Source: Vairimorpha necatrix
Lineage: Eukaryota
Direction of reading: 5' to 3'
NCBI GenBank assembly: GCA_036630325.1
Contig: CP142727.1
Coordinates: forward strand, 744,001-808,000
Length of the DNA: 64,000 bases
The notes beneath the pieces are model-generated. The model searched no databases, was not told the DNA's origin, and saw only the letters and a list, made by a program, of their open reading frames with translations. The translations under genes and the position numbers were made by a program. Positions 25,757 to 38,168 of this stretch are shown in pieces. Numbering within the stretch: the first letter of the stretch is position 1; the number at the start of each line of letters is the position of its first letter.

Positions 25757-28556
25757 CTTAATTTTACCATTGTTACAAATACTAAAATATTTAAAACTTC
25801 TACTTTCCTCGTTCTCTTCCTGTCTTCTTTTACGTTCCATACAACTTCTAGCTAAGGTTTACTAATTCTACATGTAAAATTGTTTTTTACTCGTCTTTTA
25901 TATTGAAAATATCTTCCTGGAAAATTTTCCTTTAATCTCAATCTTAAATTTTCTTTCATCACCCTACAATATTTTCAAATCATCTCCTCCTTATCATTTC
26001 TTTGTTTTCCTTTTCTTCCTCCTCAACAACTAATATTTCAATTTCATCAATAACATCCTTTCAATTTTTCATACTACTAATTTTTTTTTCAATAACAAGA
26101 TCCTGAAGTTCAATACTTACTTGTTTTATCCCCTGCTTCAGTGTCACTTTCTTTACTTTATCATGCATTCTGATGATCGCTTTTACTGACTAGCTTCGTT
26201 GAATAATTTTCTGCTCTCCTCGCGGGTCTCACTTGTTTCCGTTGATTCTTTTGTACCACCATGTTATACATTTATTTAATAAGGGGTTCATCCCTCAGAT
26301 TACATAAAAAAATAATTTGGGTATTTTATGTGGCGACTGTTAACAAGAAGGGGTCGTTGAAGAAGACTTAAGCTGAAAATTAGGAGTTGAATAAAAAAAT
26401 AATTTCACAGAAACTAAAGTCGTGAGGTGATTAATCCAAAAGCCGATATCGGGACAAGCTGTGAACAAAAATCAAAACTAAAGCAAGAATACTAACTCGA
26501 AAACTAAAAATATTGGTATTTATCAATTCTCTCAATGTTTAATACTTGTAAATCAAAGACTAGCAGAATAAAAATAAAATATGAAGTAAACGATAGAATT
26601 GGGTTTTTACAAAATGATATAATCTCATTTAGTCCATTGAAAGACATGTAATGTTGCTTATGAGCTAAAGCAAGTGTATTACGTCGCTTCAATGAACTAT
26701 AAATAAATATATGTAAATCATAGTTCAGTCTCTCAACATCTTTAAAAAGTTATTATGTTATAAAATTGATGCACGTTTGAAATAATCATACAGAACGGGT
26801 TGACTTATTTTTAATATCAAAAACATAAGTCAGCAATACGACTTAAAAAATTTTCATCATATTCTATGCCTGTTACATAGCATTTAAAAAAATAGCAATA
26901 AGATTTTTTAAGAAAAAATTGTTCTAAGATATTTAAAGAAAAGATTTGTCATTGAATTGATAAATTTATATTTATTTAATGTATAATGGACGATATAAAT
27001 GGAATTGAATTTTATAGATCCATTTATCAAATTTTGTTTCACGATTTAATTTTAATAGACGGACATTAGTGTGGGAAATACATATAACATGTGTTTAGAA
27101 CGTCTGTAAATGTTTTATATGTATATTGATAATATCAGTAAAATTTTTAATTAATAAATTATCTTATAGTGCCAGAAATATTAAACAGGACGGCGTGGGT
27201 AGAACTATATGCCCATGGTATGAGGACAGATGAAACGATGATTATACAATTTATTCAATTATTGCGACCTTTTCTTTGATGAAGCTCCTCATTTTATCAC
27301 AATGGAGGAGATGACGGAAACATTTAACTGATAATTTAATAATTTCAGGCATCTTGCTGCTAGAAAAACGTCTTTCTTTCTAACATTGAATGAGCGTTTA
27401 GAGTGAAAGTAGACGATTCCGTGGTTTTTTTGTATTATGAATTGGAGGAGATGAAACTTGTGAGCGAAAATTAAGAGGGGCAATCGAAACTCTAGATACA
27501 ATAATTTAAAAAAAAATGATTAAAACAATAACTATGTATTAACAATCCTTTTTAGTGTCATTTATTATAACGTAACAACAATCTATACGCAAAGTGATGC
27601 AGATATTTTGATATTAAATAATTTTTGTAGGGTTAATTTTCGATGGTATAAAAAGAGGAGAGAGTCATTATAAGATTTGTTTGAACAAACACACATAGAT
27701 ACCTCAAGATTCTTTTACTAAAAATCTAGATAAAGATTATTTTATTACAACAAAAACATGTTTAAAATATTATTTTAAATAATAGAGAATATGGTGATAC
27801 GTCATAATAAGTAAATATTTTGTAGGATCTATTGTTGCTTAAAAATATAGCCATTTATATGACGAACATTTGATTACTCTCCTTTTTACATTATTTCCTT
27901 TCGAAATTTTAAAAATAAAACAAAACATATCCCTTAAAAACTTAGGACAAAATTCGGGAAGTCATTAATGACAACCCTCTGTCTTTATTTATTTGTTTGT
28001 TCGCGCCTAACTAAATAGTTTTTTTTATTTTTTGCCTCTCAAAATGAGTCCGAGTCGTGTCAATGATTTTAATATAGTACTTACAATCAAAATTGTAATT
28101 TACAATACACTATTGTCGAAGAAACAATACTCATTTAAGAATAGAGACGATACCTTAAACATTTATAAAAAACTTTATTAACTTTAGTCTTGGATATACT
28201 GCTGTGATGACCTGATCAAACAAAACATAGCTCATCACATTATTTGTTTACTATTCTTAACAAATACTTTATGTCCATGTAATGATACACCATACTCCAT
28301 TCAAAGAATGGTCTTTCTAAACTTCTTGTTGTTTGTTTGTAAACAAACAAACATGTAAAACTATAAATAGCGAAAAGGCCCAAAAGGGTACGGTGAGCAA
28401 GAAGGTCAAAGCAACTCAAATAACAATAACATTATAGTTTTGAAAATACCTTTAACCTCATCGAGACATTTCTTTGCCTAGGATACGTCAAATCCATATA
28501 AAAGTAAATATTTGTGTATAAAATTTATTTTTAAAAATTATCTTTTGTCAGAATTC

Positions 28557-28829
28557 TTATCTTTTAGAATTTTCTCTTCTTCGATTTTTTCCAATTTCTT
28601 TAGACCTTTCAATAAAAAACCAGAAATCTACAACATAGGGATCCATCTTTAACATTCTGGCCAAGTGTATAATGTGATTTGGTGAAGGCCATTTACATAT
28701 TAAAAACACCTGCATAAGTCTTCGAACCTGTAATGGTGTTATCCACTTTCGTTTACCACTATCTTTCTTCAATTTTAACAATCCTTCGATTGCCTCACGT
28801 TCTTTTGGAATTCTTTGATTTTTTTTCAT
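28557..28829 (-). CDS. Divergent homeodomain-like protein (~90 aa; start at ATG 28829 preferred)
   Basis: TPLQVRRLMQVF...WPS...LARMLKM...VDFWFFIERSK fits homeodomain spacing. Shares the N-terminal EAxxGLxKLKK motif with the other HD genes. Confidence 0.75.
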   Translation of the reverse strand: MKKNQRIPKEREAIEGLLKLKKDSGKRKWITPLQVRRLMQVFLICKWPSPNHIIHLARMLKMDPYVVDFWFFIERSKEIGKNRRRENSKR

Positions 28830-29842
28830 GTCGAATTGAGAAAAAACATTTATATACAAAATATCATCAAGGATCATTAATCAAATCAATTTATAACAGT
28901 TTTATGATTTGTTTTTAATATCACAGTAGACAAATTATTCAAAATTTATTAAAATTAACATTAATTTCTATTTTTTTAAAAAATCAATGCCAAATTGTTT
29001 TTTGTACTACCAATAAAAGGAAAATTTATGATCATTGTTTTCTGATTTATCATACTGATTAATTCATATATCACATTTGTATATGAAACAAATATTGTGA
29101 TTGTAACTTACTAGTAATGAATGAAAATAAAATGTAAAAAACCATATAAAAAAGTTTTTTAGTTACTTTCGAATAATTCAATATGATGCATGTAAATGTC
29201 ACATACTTATTGATAAATTTTTAATAATACAAAAAAAACAGAAATTCAAAATAAAAATATATGAGAATATGTTTTTTATAAAATTTATTTCTTACTGTCA
29301 AAACACCACATGTCAAATTTTTTAAATTTATGATATTTTTGGCAACTTTTTATATAACGAATAAGCTTCAAAGTTTAATATCTTTCAATCGACATTCACT
29401 TACCTTTCTTAATTTTAGATATAAAATACACTTTGATGTGCATTTTAAATAGGAGTCTAGTATTACTAACCACATCGCTTTATTTTTATCTCCCTCAAAT
29501 ATTTTAAATTATTTTATCCATAATATGTTCAGAATGTCGATAAAGAAAGAAAAAATTCTAGATGAAATGTAAATCAAGAATGTATAAGATTAAAAATGAT
29601 AACAACATGAAGATTTATATCTTTTTTAACTCATAAGAAAACTTTCACCTGAAAAGAAGAAAGAGCTACCAACTTTTTGGTTAATTTCAACATTGTATCT
29701 AAAAATTTGCAAAACAATTAAGCACGCATTTAAAGTTACGAGTATATTAGTATCCCGAGATAATGTCTAAATTGTAAGGGCTCGTAGATTCTTATATGAT
29801 AATCTTCTTCTAGTTGCGCCTATTTGGCCAACTTCACAATTA

Positions 29843-30603
29843 TTTTTTTTCTTTACAGGTAATGATAGCGGCACTTACATAGAAACCTTGGGGGTTGTAG
29901 TGGTCTCTAAACAACTTGTTCCATTTTTTCTTTACTCGCTAAAATGCACCCCTATATAAATTGCTGGAGCAGCAAACTCTGCGATATCCATTGTACTTGA
30001 CTCTAAATTTTTTTTTCTATTTATACCTTGATGCTTCCCAGTGTGAACTCACCACAGATATACTTAACAGATATATTTTTGTAACCCAATAAGAGAATCG
30101 TTGTACTAGCCCAAAGGTCTCTACAATCCTTCGTATCGCACACACAGCACCATACAGCACAAAACACCCCCATTGGTAAACTGCGTTGACCACAAGTCTC
30201 TATTTAATCTTGGCCACCGTTTTACAAAATCCTTTAAAATAGGGCCCATGAGACCTTCATTCCTCGACTTCTTCTTCCTCCTCTCGTAATCTCGAGTATC
30301 ATCGCCATAAAGAGTACCAGTCATTGGAACAACTATGGGTTATCCAGCATTTAGTTAATGTATTATTAAGTCGCTACAAGGCGGTTGCTATTTTTTTTGG
30401 TCTGTAAGTACTTTTTATACTTGATGAAATCTCTTATGCCTGTGCGAACAGCTAGTTTTATTGAATCATTATACGATTATTGTTGACATTTCTCATCTGT
30501 ATTCTTTCAACTCCATCATAGAGTAGAAATATTTTTGGTGCTCCTATTTTCAAATTCAGCCAAGCTCAGATGAAGCCTGCATTTGATCACTTAGCAGGTC
30601 ATC
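29843..30603 (-). mobile_element. tRNA-derived SINE-like element, old diverged copy
   Basis: The reverse complement is colinear with 37382-38168 (GCACCAAAA, CAGATGA, GAAGGTCTC, GGTGGCC, GGTCAACGCAG, GTTAAGTATATC, CAATGGAT, ATGTAAG, A-tail). The head is degenerate. Confidence 0.7.
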
Positions 30604-31005
30604 ATTAAAGCCTTTACGTACGTCAAGCCTGACGATGACCTTTATTAAGCTACAGAAGTGAATCTGGACCGTAAGATAAGAAAGTAATAAAGTTCAAATT
30701 GAATCTTATAATGGCCTGATTTAAAAGGTTGTTAGGACAGCCCTTAAGCATATTTAAGTCATTCTTACTTCCTTTTAAGAAATTTATATGGTTACACATT
30801 TGAACAACAAATTATATCTTCAATTTTTATATACTTCAAAATATTATTCTTTGTTTGTTGGCGAGTTGTTTTGTCATTGAAGAAACGTTTGACTGTGGTG
30901 GTACCGACCTCTGTTACCATGATATAGGGATCCAAATCTTTTCCATTATACAAAAATAAATAATACATCATTTTTTTGTTTAACCCTTAGTATTTAATCA
31001 TTATT

Positions 31006-31736
31006 TGTTAAAGATAATTGTAAGATAAGAGTTAAATATATATTCTCAACATCCCCGAACTAAAATTTAGAACTGAGTAATGTAATCATTTTTTACTACT
31101 TCCTACGCCTACTACTGGGCTCTCAAAATAAAAATAAATTTTATGTAAACTGTTGGGCCGGTTGTACTCTTTTGCCTCTTACTATCCATTATTGTATTGT
31201 TTTTTTTACGATACTTACTTTTCCTGTTACAATACAAGGCATCTATGAGCATGTTTTTTTCTTTACACAGTCTTCATAACAATGGAATCGGATTTTAACG
31301 TCTATTTCAAATTTTATTACAACACACTTCCTATTGATTTTCTTCTCTTTTTAAATCTCTCTGGATTTTTCAACAGTATAGTTCAGCTTTCTTGCCACGA
31401 TAGCTTAAATGTGAATAGTCGGATTGCCATTGCCCTCAAACTAAACATCTCTTATGGCTGATCTTATTAGTGTCAATACTTTTTCTTTGCTATTCCTCAT
31501 AGCTCCTTTCGTCTTCACCTATCCGGGTCCCTCAACTGATGCAAACCATCACCTTCTCTTCTGTGGACAACAAACCATCCTCATTCTGACATATGCTACA
31601 ATTTTTAGGTCTCTGCATTGACAGAGCCTACAACCTCTTTCTTTTTTCGTTTAGATTCGATCATTTTTTTGTTCTACGCCATGTATAAAATAAATGTAAG
31701 TTGGGGGTTAAATTTAATAAATATATATTATCAACA
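31006..31736 (-). mobile_element. Non-autonomous micro-LTR (TRIM-like) element, copy 2
   Basis: 5' LTR 31682-31736 followed by PBS-like TGGCGTAG; GGGGA precedes the 3' LTR at 31006-31051. Interior homologous to 11004-11629. The LTRs are diverged from each other and no TSD is seen. Confidence 0.7.
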
Positions 31737-32125
31737 ACTGTACATGATCTTTTGGAACCCGCTTTGAAAATATAAAAAAGGGAAAAATAAAAAAATTAAG
31801 AAAAATGAGACTTAACGATTTATATTAAACAATGAAAGAAGATGATTCATCCATTGATTAATAGAAATTTTGAAGGCCCAGAGGAACTGTAAAAGGTGCT
31901 CATAGAGTTCGTCCTGGTTTATTCCATATATAAAACGAATATTTCCTTTTAGATATGAGACAAAACAAACTAAATTTTAAGGTATTGTGTCTCAGAATCG
32001 CTAGATGTTACAGCATTGATAGAGTGATTCATACTACTGAGTTTCATTCCTTTGCTTGTTTAATTTGGCCTTATATGCTACCCATTTATTGAAGATTACA
32101 ATAGAAATAGGTTATACATTATCTT

Positions 32126-32350
32126 TTATTGTCTCAAGGAAATAGCAGTACTTCTACTAGTCACAGAAACGACCAAGGCGAAAGCCGAATCAGCATCAAA
32201 TGTTTTCAAAATAACTTTTCTTTTGTTCCATGTATAAATGCATTTCATCACTAAAAGCTCATCTGGCTCAACAAACATTGTTTTTGCCAATTTGTCATTT
32301 TGTAAAATGGGGGGTACTTGAAAATTTCTAAGCGGGTTCCAAACGGTCAT
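32126..32350 (-). CDS. Hypothetical protein or gene fragment, head-to-head with the PDE at 32404
   Basis: ATG preceded by GGGTAC and an AT-rich AAATTT tract. No recognisable domain. Confidence 0.3.
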   Translation of the reverse strand: MTVWNPLRNFQVPPILQNDKLAKTMFVEPDELLVMKCIYTWNKRKVILKTFDADSAFALVVSVTSRSTAISLRQ

Positions 32351-32403
32351 GTACCCAACAACATTGATTTAAAATTAAATTTTATCCCCCCACTTTATAA
32401 AAT

Positions 32404-33217
32404 ATGACGAGAGAGAAGAAAAGAAGAGGCTACAAAAGCTGTTTTTACGTTATTACCCCAGCTTGGATAATCATAAGATAATACAAATATCTTATGATAT
32501 CCTAAGTAAGGAATGTATGGTGTCGCAAACAAATCTGCACAATTTCTTGGAAGCGGCCATAAGTGAATATTATGATATTCCTTATCATAATGCTACCCAT
32601 GGGTTCAATGCATTATATAATGGGAATATCTTATTGAAACTTATAAATAAACCAAATAATGAACGACAGGTCAAGTTTATTTTCTTAGTCTGTTGCTTAT
32701 TGCACGATATAGGCCATCCGGGTGTTATTTGTTGTGGAAACGAAAAAATTGATTTAGAGAATCATCATGCAGAACTCATAAAAAAGCTGTTATCGAAATT
32801 TTTGCCAGAGTACGTGACAGAAGTTAATATAAAGTATATAAAAACTGATTTTATCTACGAATTTGAATTTACATAGTGGGCTGTTAGATACATTTAAATA
32901 CAAATATTTAGGCCACAAATCTAAAAATAACATAGAACACAATTCAATCGATTTAACAATGCTAATTAAAATTGCAGATATTGGAGCATCGTCCAAAAAA
33001 TTCGATGATTTCATGTGTGGAAGTAAACAGCTTGAGGAAGAAATGTTTGGTAAAAATACTGAAGATACCAGTAAAAGACTTGAAAAAGATGAATGCTTTT
33101 GATAAATTATTCCTTGCCACTAGCAGAAGTGTTTTCTACAGTTTTTACAGATTTTAAATTTTTACATGAACAAGCCATTGAAAATCTAAGAAAAATAATC
33201 AAAAAAAAAAAATTTAA
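32404..33217 (+). pseudogene. Class I PDE paralog (type C), frameshifted
   Basis: Same motifs as 17487..18329, split over ORFs 32463..32876 and 32863..33102. Frameshifts near the start, at ~32840 and at ~33100. Confidence 0.85.
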
Positions 33218-33339
33218 TTAAATGCAAGCTCTTCATTTGTATTAAAAAATAATTGAATCCTTTTTTCGGGGTTTCCGATATAGGGACAATAGAAGCGCTA
33301 ATAAACTTTAGAAAAAAAATCATAAAAGAGACTTCTTAC

Positions 33340-34560
33340 AAATAATCACTGATTGTTTATACTAATTTATAGATTGTACGAAATACCACACAAATAAATA
33401 GTTTTCTGAGTGAATTCCCTGGCTTCAATTTAGATATTTATAGCACAACTTGTCTTGGTACTGCTCATGGGATTCAGTTTTTTATAGATTATGGTTTCTG
33501 CAGAATTATTTTCGTTTTAAACTCAGAATTTTCAGCAACATTCTTCTTAAACGACATTAAGTCTTTAACAGTCGCCTATTTGCTAGTGCGCTTTCAGCTC
33601 TAGCCATTTCTTCCCATCCTGTATATTCTTAAAGTATCCTTGTTGCGCTCGAAAGAGTTGGACTTTAAAGTTTTCTCTAGCACAACAGAGTATTTTAATA
33701 TGTAATTCTTGTCCTACATTTCCTTACATCTCTTAAAAATTGGGATAATAAAAATATCAACAGAGGGGATGTACGCTTTAAGGCAGGGTTGTATTTTAAG
33801 CTCCCCGATGTACATTCTGTGATATTCGGTCTCCACTCAATCTCGCGTCATTACTAAGGATTAATCTTGTGAAGAAATTTTGTATTTGTCCCACATAATT
33901 TTTAAGAAGGTCAATTCCTTAGTTATTATTCTCGTCTATGGAATTCGGCCCTGTTGATATTAAATTTTTATATAAGGATATTGTCTTCTTCTTGCCAAAT
34001 GCAAGAAGGTCAGGCGTATGATTAACCACCTTTATATTAGTGGATATCTCTGCATCCACTCTTATTTACGCACGATCATTTTCCATGATCTCTTGTACTG
34101 AGTGTCAACGTATTGTATTATTCTTTTTTAACCCGAAGTAATTTTATATAAGAGCTTGATGCATCTAACCGCCTCGTTTTGTCTTTTCATGTTATCAACC
34201 CCAACATTCGATCACACTTGGTAGCTAATGAACAAGGTCTTTCTGTGAGATCTAAATGAAGACATTGTTTCTCTTGTCAAAAAAACATTTCTATTTTTAA
34301 GGAAGCAGTAAATTGCTTCGAACCCAGTCTGATTGTTTGGTTTGTTCAGAAAATAGGCGAACCTGATGCTTACTAATTATTTTGCCTGCTTTAAACAACA
34401 TTTCATGTTTCGTCATATTGTTGATTTAGTTGTAAATTGTCTCTTTCATAAAGTTGAAATTTTATAAACTTATTTATTGATTTATCTTAGAAATATGTTT
34501 TTATGGGCATTTTGATTTAGGTTCTGTAATATTATATACCACATTTTCGGTCCTTCAAGT
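33340..34560 (-). mobile_element. Decayed 3' portion of REL-type LINE; ends approximate
   Basis: The minus strand has LATKCDRML, HSVQEIMENDRA and HTPDLLAFG remnants homologous to 42100-43200. Confidence 0.7.
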
Positions 34561-36118
34561 AAAATATTTTTTTCCAAATATAATACCTTTTAATCTATTT
34601 ACTTTTCAGAAGACAAACTCAAACTCTTCTTGCGGTTCTCGGAGTTCCTCTTATATTCACATGTTAGACTACAAATACCCCTTGCTGACCAGTACCAAAA
34701 CCATCTCCAACTGAAATACTTGGCTTTTATAAAGTAAATTTAAGACCTGGTGTCTGCAAATATGTTTCCGTAAAATTTTAAGGGTAAAAAAGATATTATA
34801 AATGTGTATTTTTAACTTAATTAAACAATGATAAAAAATAGTCGTCTATATCTAGACAAATTCTGGATGTCTGAGAAAGTAAATACATAGACTTTATGTC
34901 AACACACATAAATATTCACTACGCAAGGTATTTATCAAAGAAAAAATTTAACCTAAAATTGAGCATTATTACAACTTCAAAAAGCCTGTAGGGCAGTTTA
35001 ATAGTACCACTGACGATTTCCGAGGAGATATTTTGAATTTTTTTAGTAAAAGCTTCATATCACAACTTTACATTAAAATTGTCATGTACCAAGGAGATAC
35101 AAAAATCTCGACGTATCAATAAGTAAATTATATTAACATCATTTAATACTACGTCTGTATATTATCAATTGTAAATGGGGAAAGTCTGTTGAAAGCGTCA
35201 TTATATTGAAAAACAGTCTTTTTAGGTTTTTATAATGCCATTAGGCATTTGCATTCTCCAAACCATTCCCATAGAGCTTTTGATCGAAACGCTTTTTGTA
35301 TAAACTTAATAAGAAAAAAAGTCACTAAAAAACCCCCTAGATTCAGACTATACATGAATAGAAGGTCTACGCAAAGCTCCAAAAAATAGAAAAAAAAAAT
35401 GTAGAAGACAAGGTAACAGGGCATATACACCAAGGACGAGGACAGGAAATACTTTTAAAATAAGATTAAAGCATGTAAACAATGTATGCTTAGTTTTAAT
35501 GATCGAAGGAAGAACCTCGTGATTACGCATGGCTTTGTTCAATTTATATTGATTTCTAAAGTTTCTGCTTTCTATGATGCAATTGGAACAAGTCAGACGA
35601 TAAAATAAATTGTGTGCGTCCAGCCATAGGGAAATTGCATGCAGTGAAAGCCACACTTTGGGACCGCAAAAATTTCATCTCGTGTTGACTTACGATACAT
35701 ACAGAATATGATGGTATGCTCTAGATGAATCTTTGACTAATGCAAATCCTTGCTATTTTAAAAAAAACAGACCTAGTAGAAACTTAGAATATCTTGCAAA
35801 AGTTTCCTATATTTATCATAGAATACTTTCTTCAAAACTGAAGCTAACCTGTGGTCAACACTTTTAAGAAATGTCTGGCTGAATGTCGCGTGTAATAAAC
35901 TGTGTATGGGTTTAAGACGATTATAAAGACACTTGGGGCTGAAACTATATGTATATTCTAGCGTAACTAATAATCTCCGTTATTATAGTCGCTGTTAAAT
36001 CATCCTCCTCCAGATTATGAATAAATATGAAAATGCATTTTGGAACAAAATCAAACGGATATGACATATACTGGTCACTCAAATTAAAGTATAAACACTT
36101 ATGTAAAATAGAACTATG

Positions 36119-37317
36119 GGCGCTACTAAATTATCTCGGCCACTTTTCAAAAGAGGGGTAAAAAAAATAAAAATTGGTAGATAGAAAATTTTTAAAAAAA
36201 TAGAAAAAAACTGACTTAAAATTTAAAATTTTTATTAAAATTTTAATTGTAAGATGTAGAAAAAGTAATACTATCTTAAAGAAGGCTAAAAATGGGATTT
36301 AGAGTCATAATTATTTATATTTCTTTTTTTCCATACGAATTCATTTAAAAATATTTAAATTCTCTTTTTATATACACCACCTCGTGCACGATTTTGCTGC
36401 TTCAAATGAGACCACAGAATTTCAATTCGATTGGTGTTTGTTCCTCCCTGTGTGCTATACCCTTCACTGTGATTTACAACGTAATGAATTGACCCAAATT
36501 GACGCACTGCCTATGGATACGAAGGATATCCATCTGTTACTATTATAGAACCCGGCCTAACATATTGTTTAAAAAACTCAAATATTGTTTCTTTTTTTTT
36601 TCTGTTTGGAATTATTTTTAAAACAAAATTTCAGAAATTATCCTTCGCTACGCCGCCTAAAATTCATTGTATCGTAGGAATATCATCATCTATACTTGAT
36701 GGGTTCTCAATTATTAACCCATTCAGATAGCAGTTTCGTCGAATTGTACTTCGACGCTTTCACCGCCAATCTGTTTCTCCTCTTGTTCTCTTTCCCCAAT
36801 CAGTTCATTAATTATGTTTTTTAGTTTTATGTAGGTTGGCTCAGATATTTGGCATAAATTTACTGCGTGATAGCTGCTGGCGTTAAAAATCCAGCAATGT
36901 ATATCTTTTGTAACTTTGTTTGCTTCAATTCTTATTTTTTCTAACTTTGAACCCTTACTTGTGGACATCCTTCTCCTACATGATGTAATGACACATCGGA
37001 AAACATCCCGTCTAGTGCTTTTCTCTCGGTTTGCAAGCGATTAGCACTACCACACTTATCACAAAAAAGAGAACTCCGAAAAACATTATGTCTTGTGAAA
37101 AATATCAATGCTCTTTCGTTGTTTTGGAATATTTCGTGGGAGAAGTCTAAACTTGTTTGCTCGTCAATATGTCTTTCCATGTTTGGGGCGGATTTTAACC
37201 CCTTTTTACCTTTACTCAATTATCTCGGCCAAGAAAAGGTTACCCTTTAAATTTAAACTAATTATTTATTTTTTTACCCCTATTTTCACCCCTTGGCCGA
37301 GATAATTTAGTAGCGCC
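36119..37317 (-). mobile_element. Merlin/IS1595-like DNA transposon, second family (1.2 kb), transposase frameshifted
   Basis: 24-bp perfect TIR GGCGCTACTAAATTATCTCGGCCA and perfect 8-bp TSD GAACTATG. N-terminal CDKC, VQFDET, TDGYPSY, VNHS and TNRIEILW motifs. Confidence 0.93.
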
Positions 37318-37381
37318 GAACTATGCACATGTTGAAAGTAAGATCCATCAGATTATTTTGTATGGTTTAACTACCTCTAAC

Positions 37382-38168
37382 GGTGCCCTTAGCACAGTGG
37401 TAGAATGCAATGCTTCCATTGAGCAATAGCTGGGTTCGATTCCCAGGGGCACCAAAATTGTTTCTATTTTCTATGGTGCAGTTGGAACAACTCAGATGAT
37501 GAAAATGTCCACGATAATCTTAATTTTATTCAATGAAACTTGTGAGTGTCCAGCCACAAGGGATTAGCATCTAGTGTAGAAACGCATCTCAAAGCCAAAA
37601 AGCAGTATCACCCCTTCGTGACTTAATGATACATAAAAGTATCTGATGAGTACGGCCTATTTGGAGCCCATGGCCGGTGCACTCAAGAGTGGGAATCTAG
37701 AGCTAACCAAGAGACCAGACGAAGTAGGGCAATAGAAAGTCTCGTGGACCCTATCCTACAAGATTCTGTAACATGGTGGCCGAAACTAGTGGGAGACTGT
37801 TGGTCAACGCAGCCCAATAAAAACGTAGGGCTGGGGATGTGGTCGTGTAAGGAGCCGTGTGTGCAATACGGATGATTTAGGGACCTTTGAGTCAGTACGA
37901 TTATGTCTCTCCTTGGGTTATAGATAACCATGCCCGTTAAGTATATCCGCTGTGAGGTCACTCTGTACGTGATTTGAGGTATAAATGGAAAGTGTTCTTC
38001 TGGAGCCAAAGTCCAATGGATTAGGCGGAGCTTGCTGCACCGGCAAGTGTATGGAGGGAGTTTTAGTGAGTAAGAATCTTACAGTACCAGTTAGATAAGG
38101 ATCACACCTAAATCCCTCTGGTCCCCATGTAAGGTTTCTCCTACCTCTTAATTGAAAGAAAAAAAAAA
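37382..38168 (+). mobile_element. tRNA-derived SINE-like element, copy with the best-preserved head
   Basis: Head 37382-37454 has GGTGCCC/GGGCACC-A acceptor pairing, A box TAGCACAGTGG and T-arm CTGGG-TTCGATT-CCCAG. Body and A-tail match the other copies; the flanks differ. Confidence 0.85.

Larger units (their letters stand above)
21178..26304 (-). mobile_element. Decayed short-LTR Ty3/Gypsy element carrying two nested Merlin insertions
   Basis: 5' LTR 26262-26304 (43 bp, TG...CA) followed by PBS-like TGGTGG. A similar 3' LTR at 21178-~21219 lies next to purine tract GGAGAGAG. RT remnant VFMDDI (~24060-24078), RNase H remnants RVRTDA and MTDHKAL. No TSD found. Confidence 0.75.

Noticed and set aside
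35348-35656. 102-aa ORF repeated at 62233..62535
   Set aside because: Non-ATG start, no domain, and it lies inside a recent duplication, so conservation is uninformative.
37382-37454. Stand-alone functional tRNA gene
   Set aside because: The D and anticodon arms pair poorly, the anticodon is ambiguous, and the head is always fused to the same 700-bp body and A-tail. Treated as a SINE head.
37643-37786. Hammerhead ribozyme (CTGATGAG ... CGAAAC) in the SINE body
   Set aside because: No stem II joins the two core motifs, and the copies at 4371 and 52837 read CTGATGG.
37852-37872. Group II intron domain V-like GAGCCGTGT...ATACGG, with GTGTGCCC upstream in other copies
   Set aside because: The hairpin is too short, lacks the catalytic bulge, and the AGC triad is not conserved across copies.
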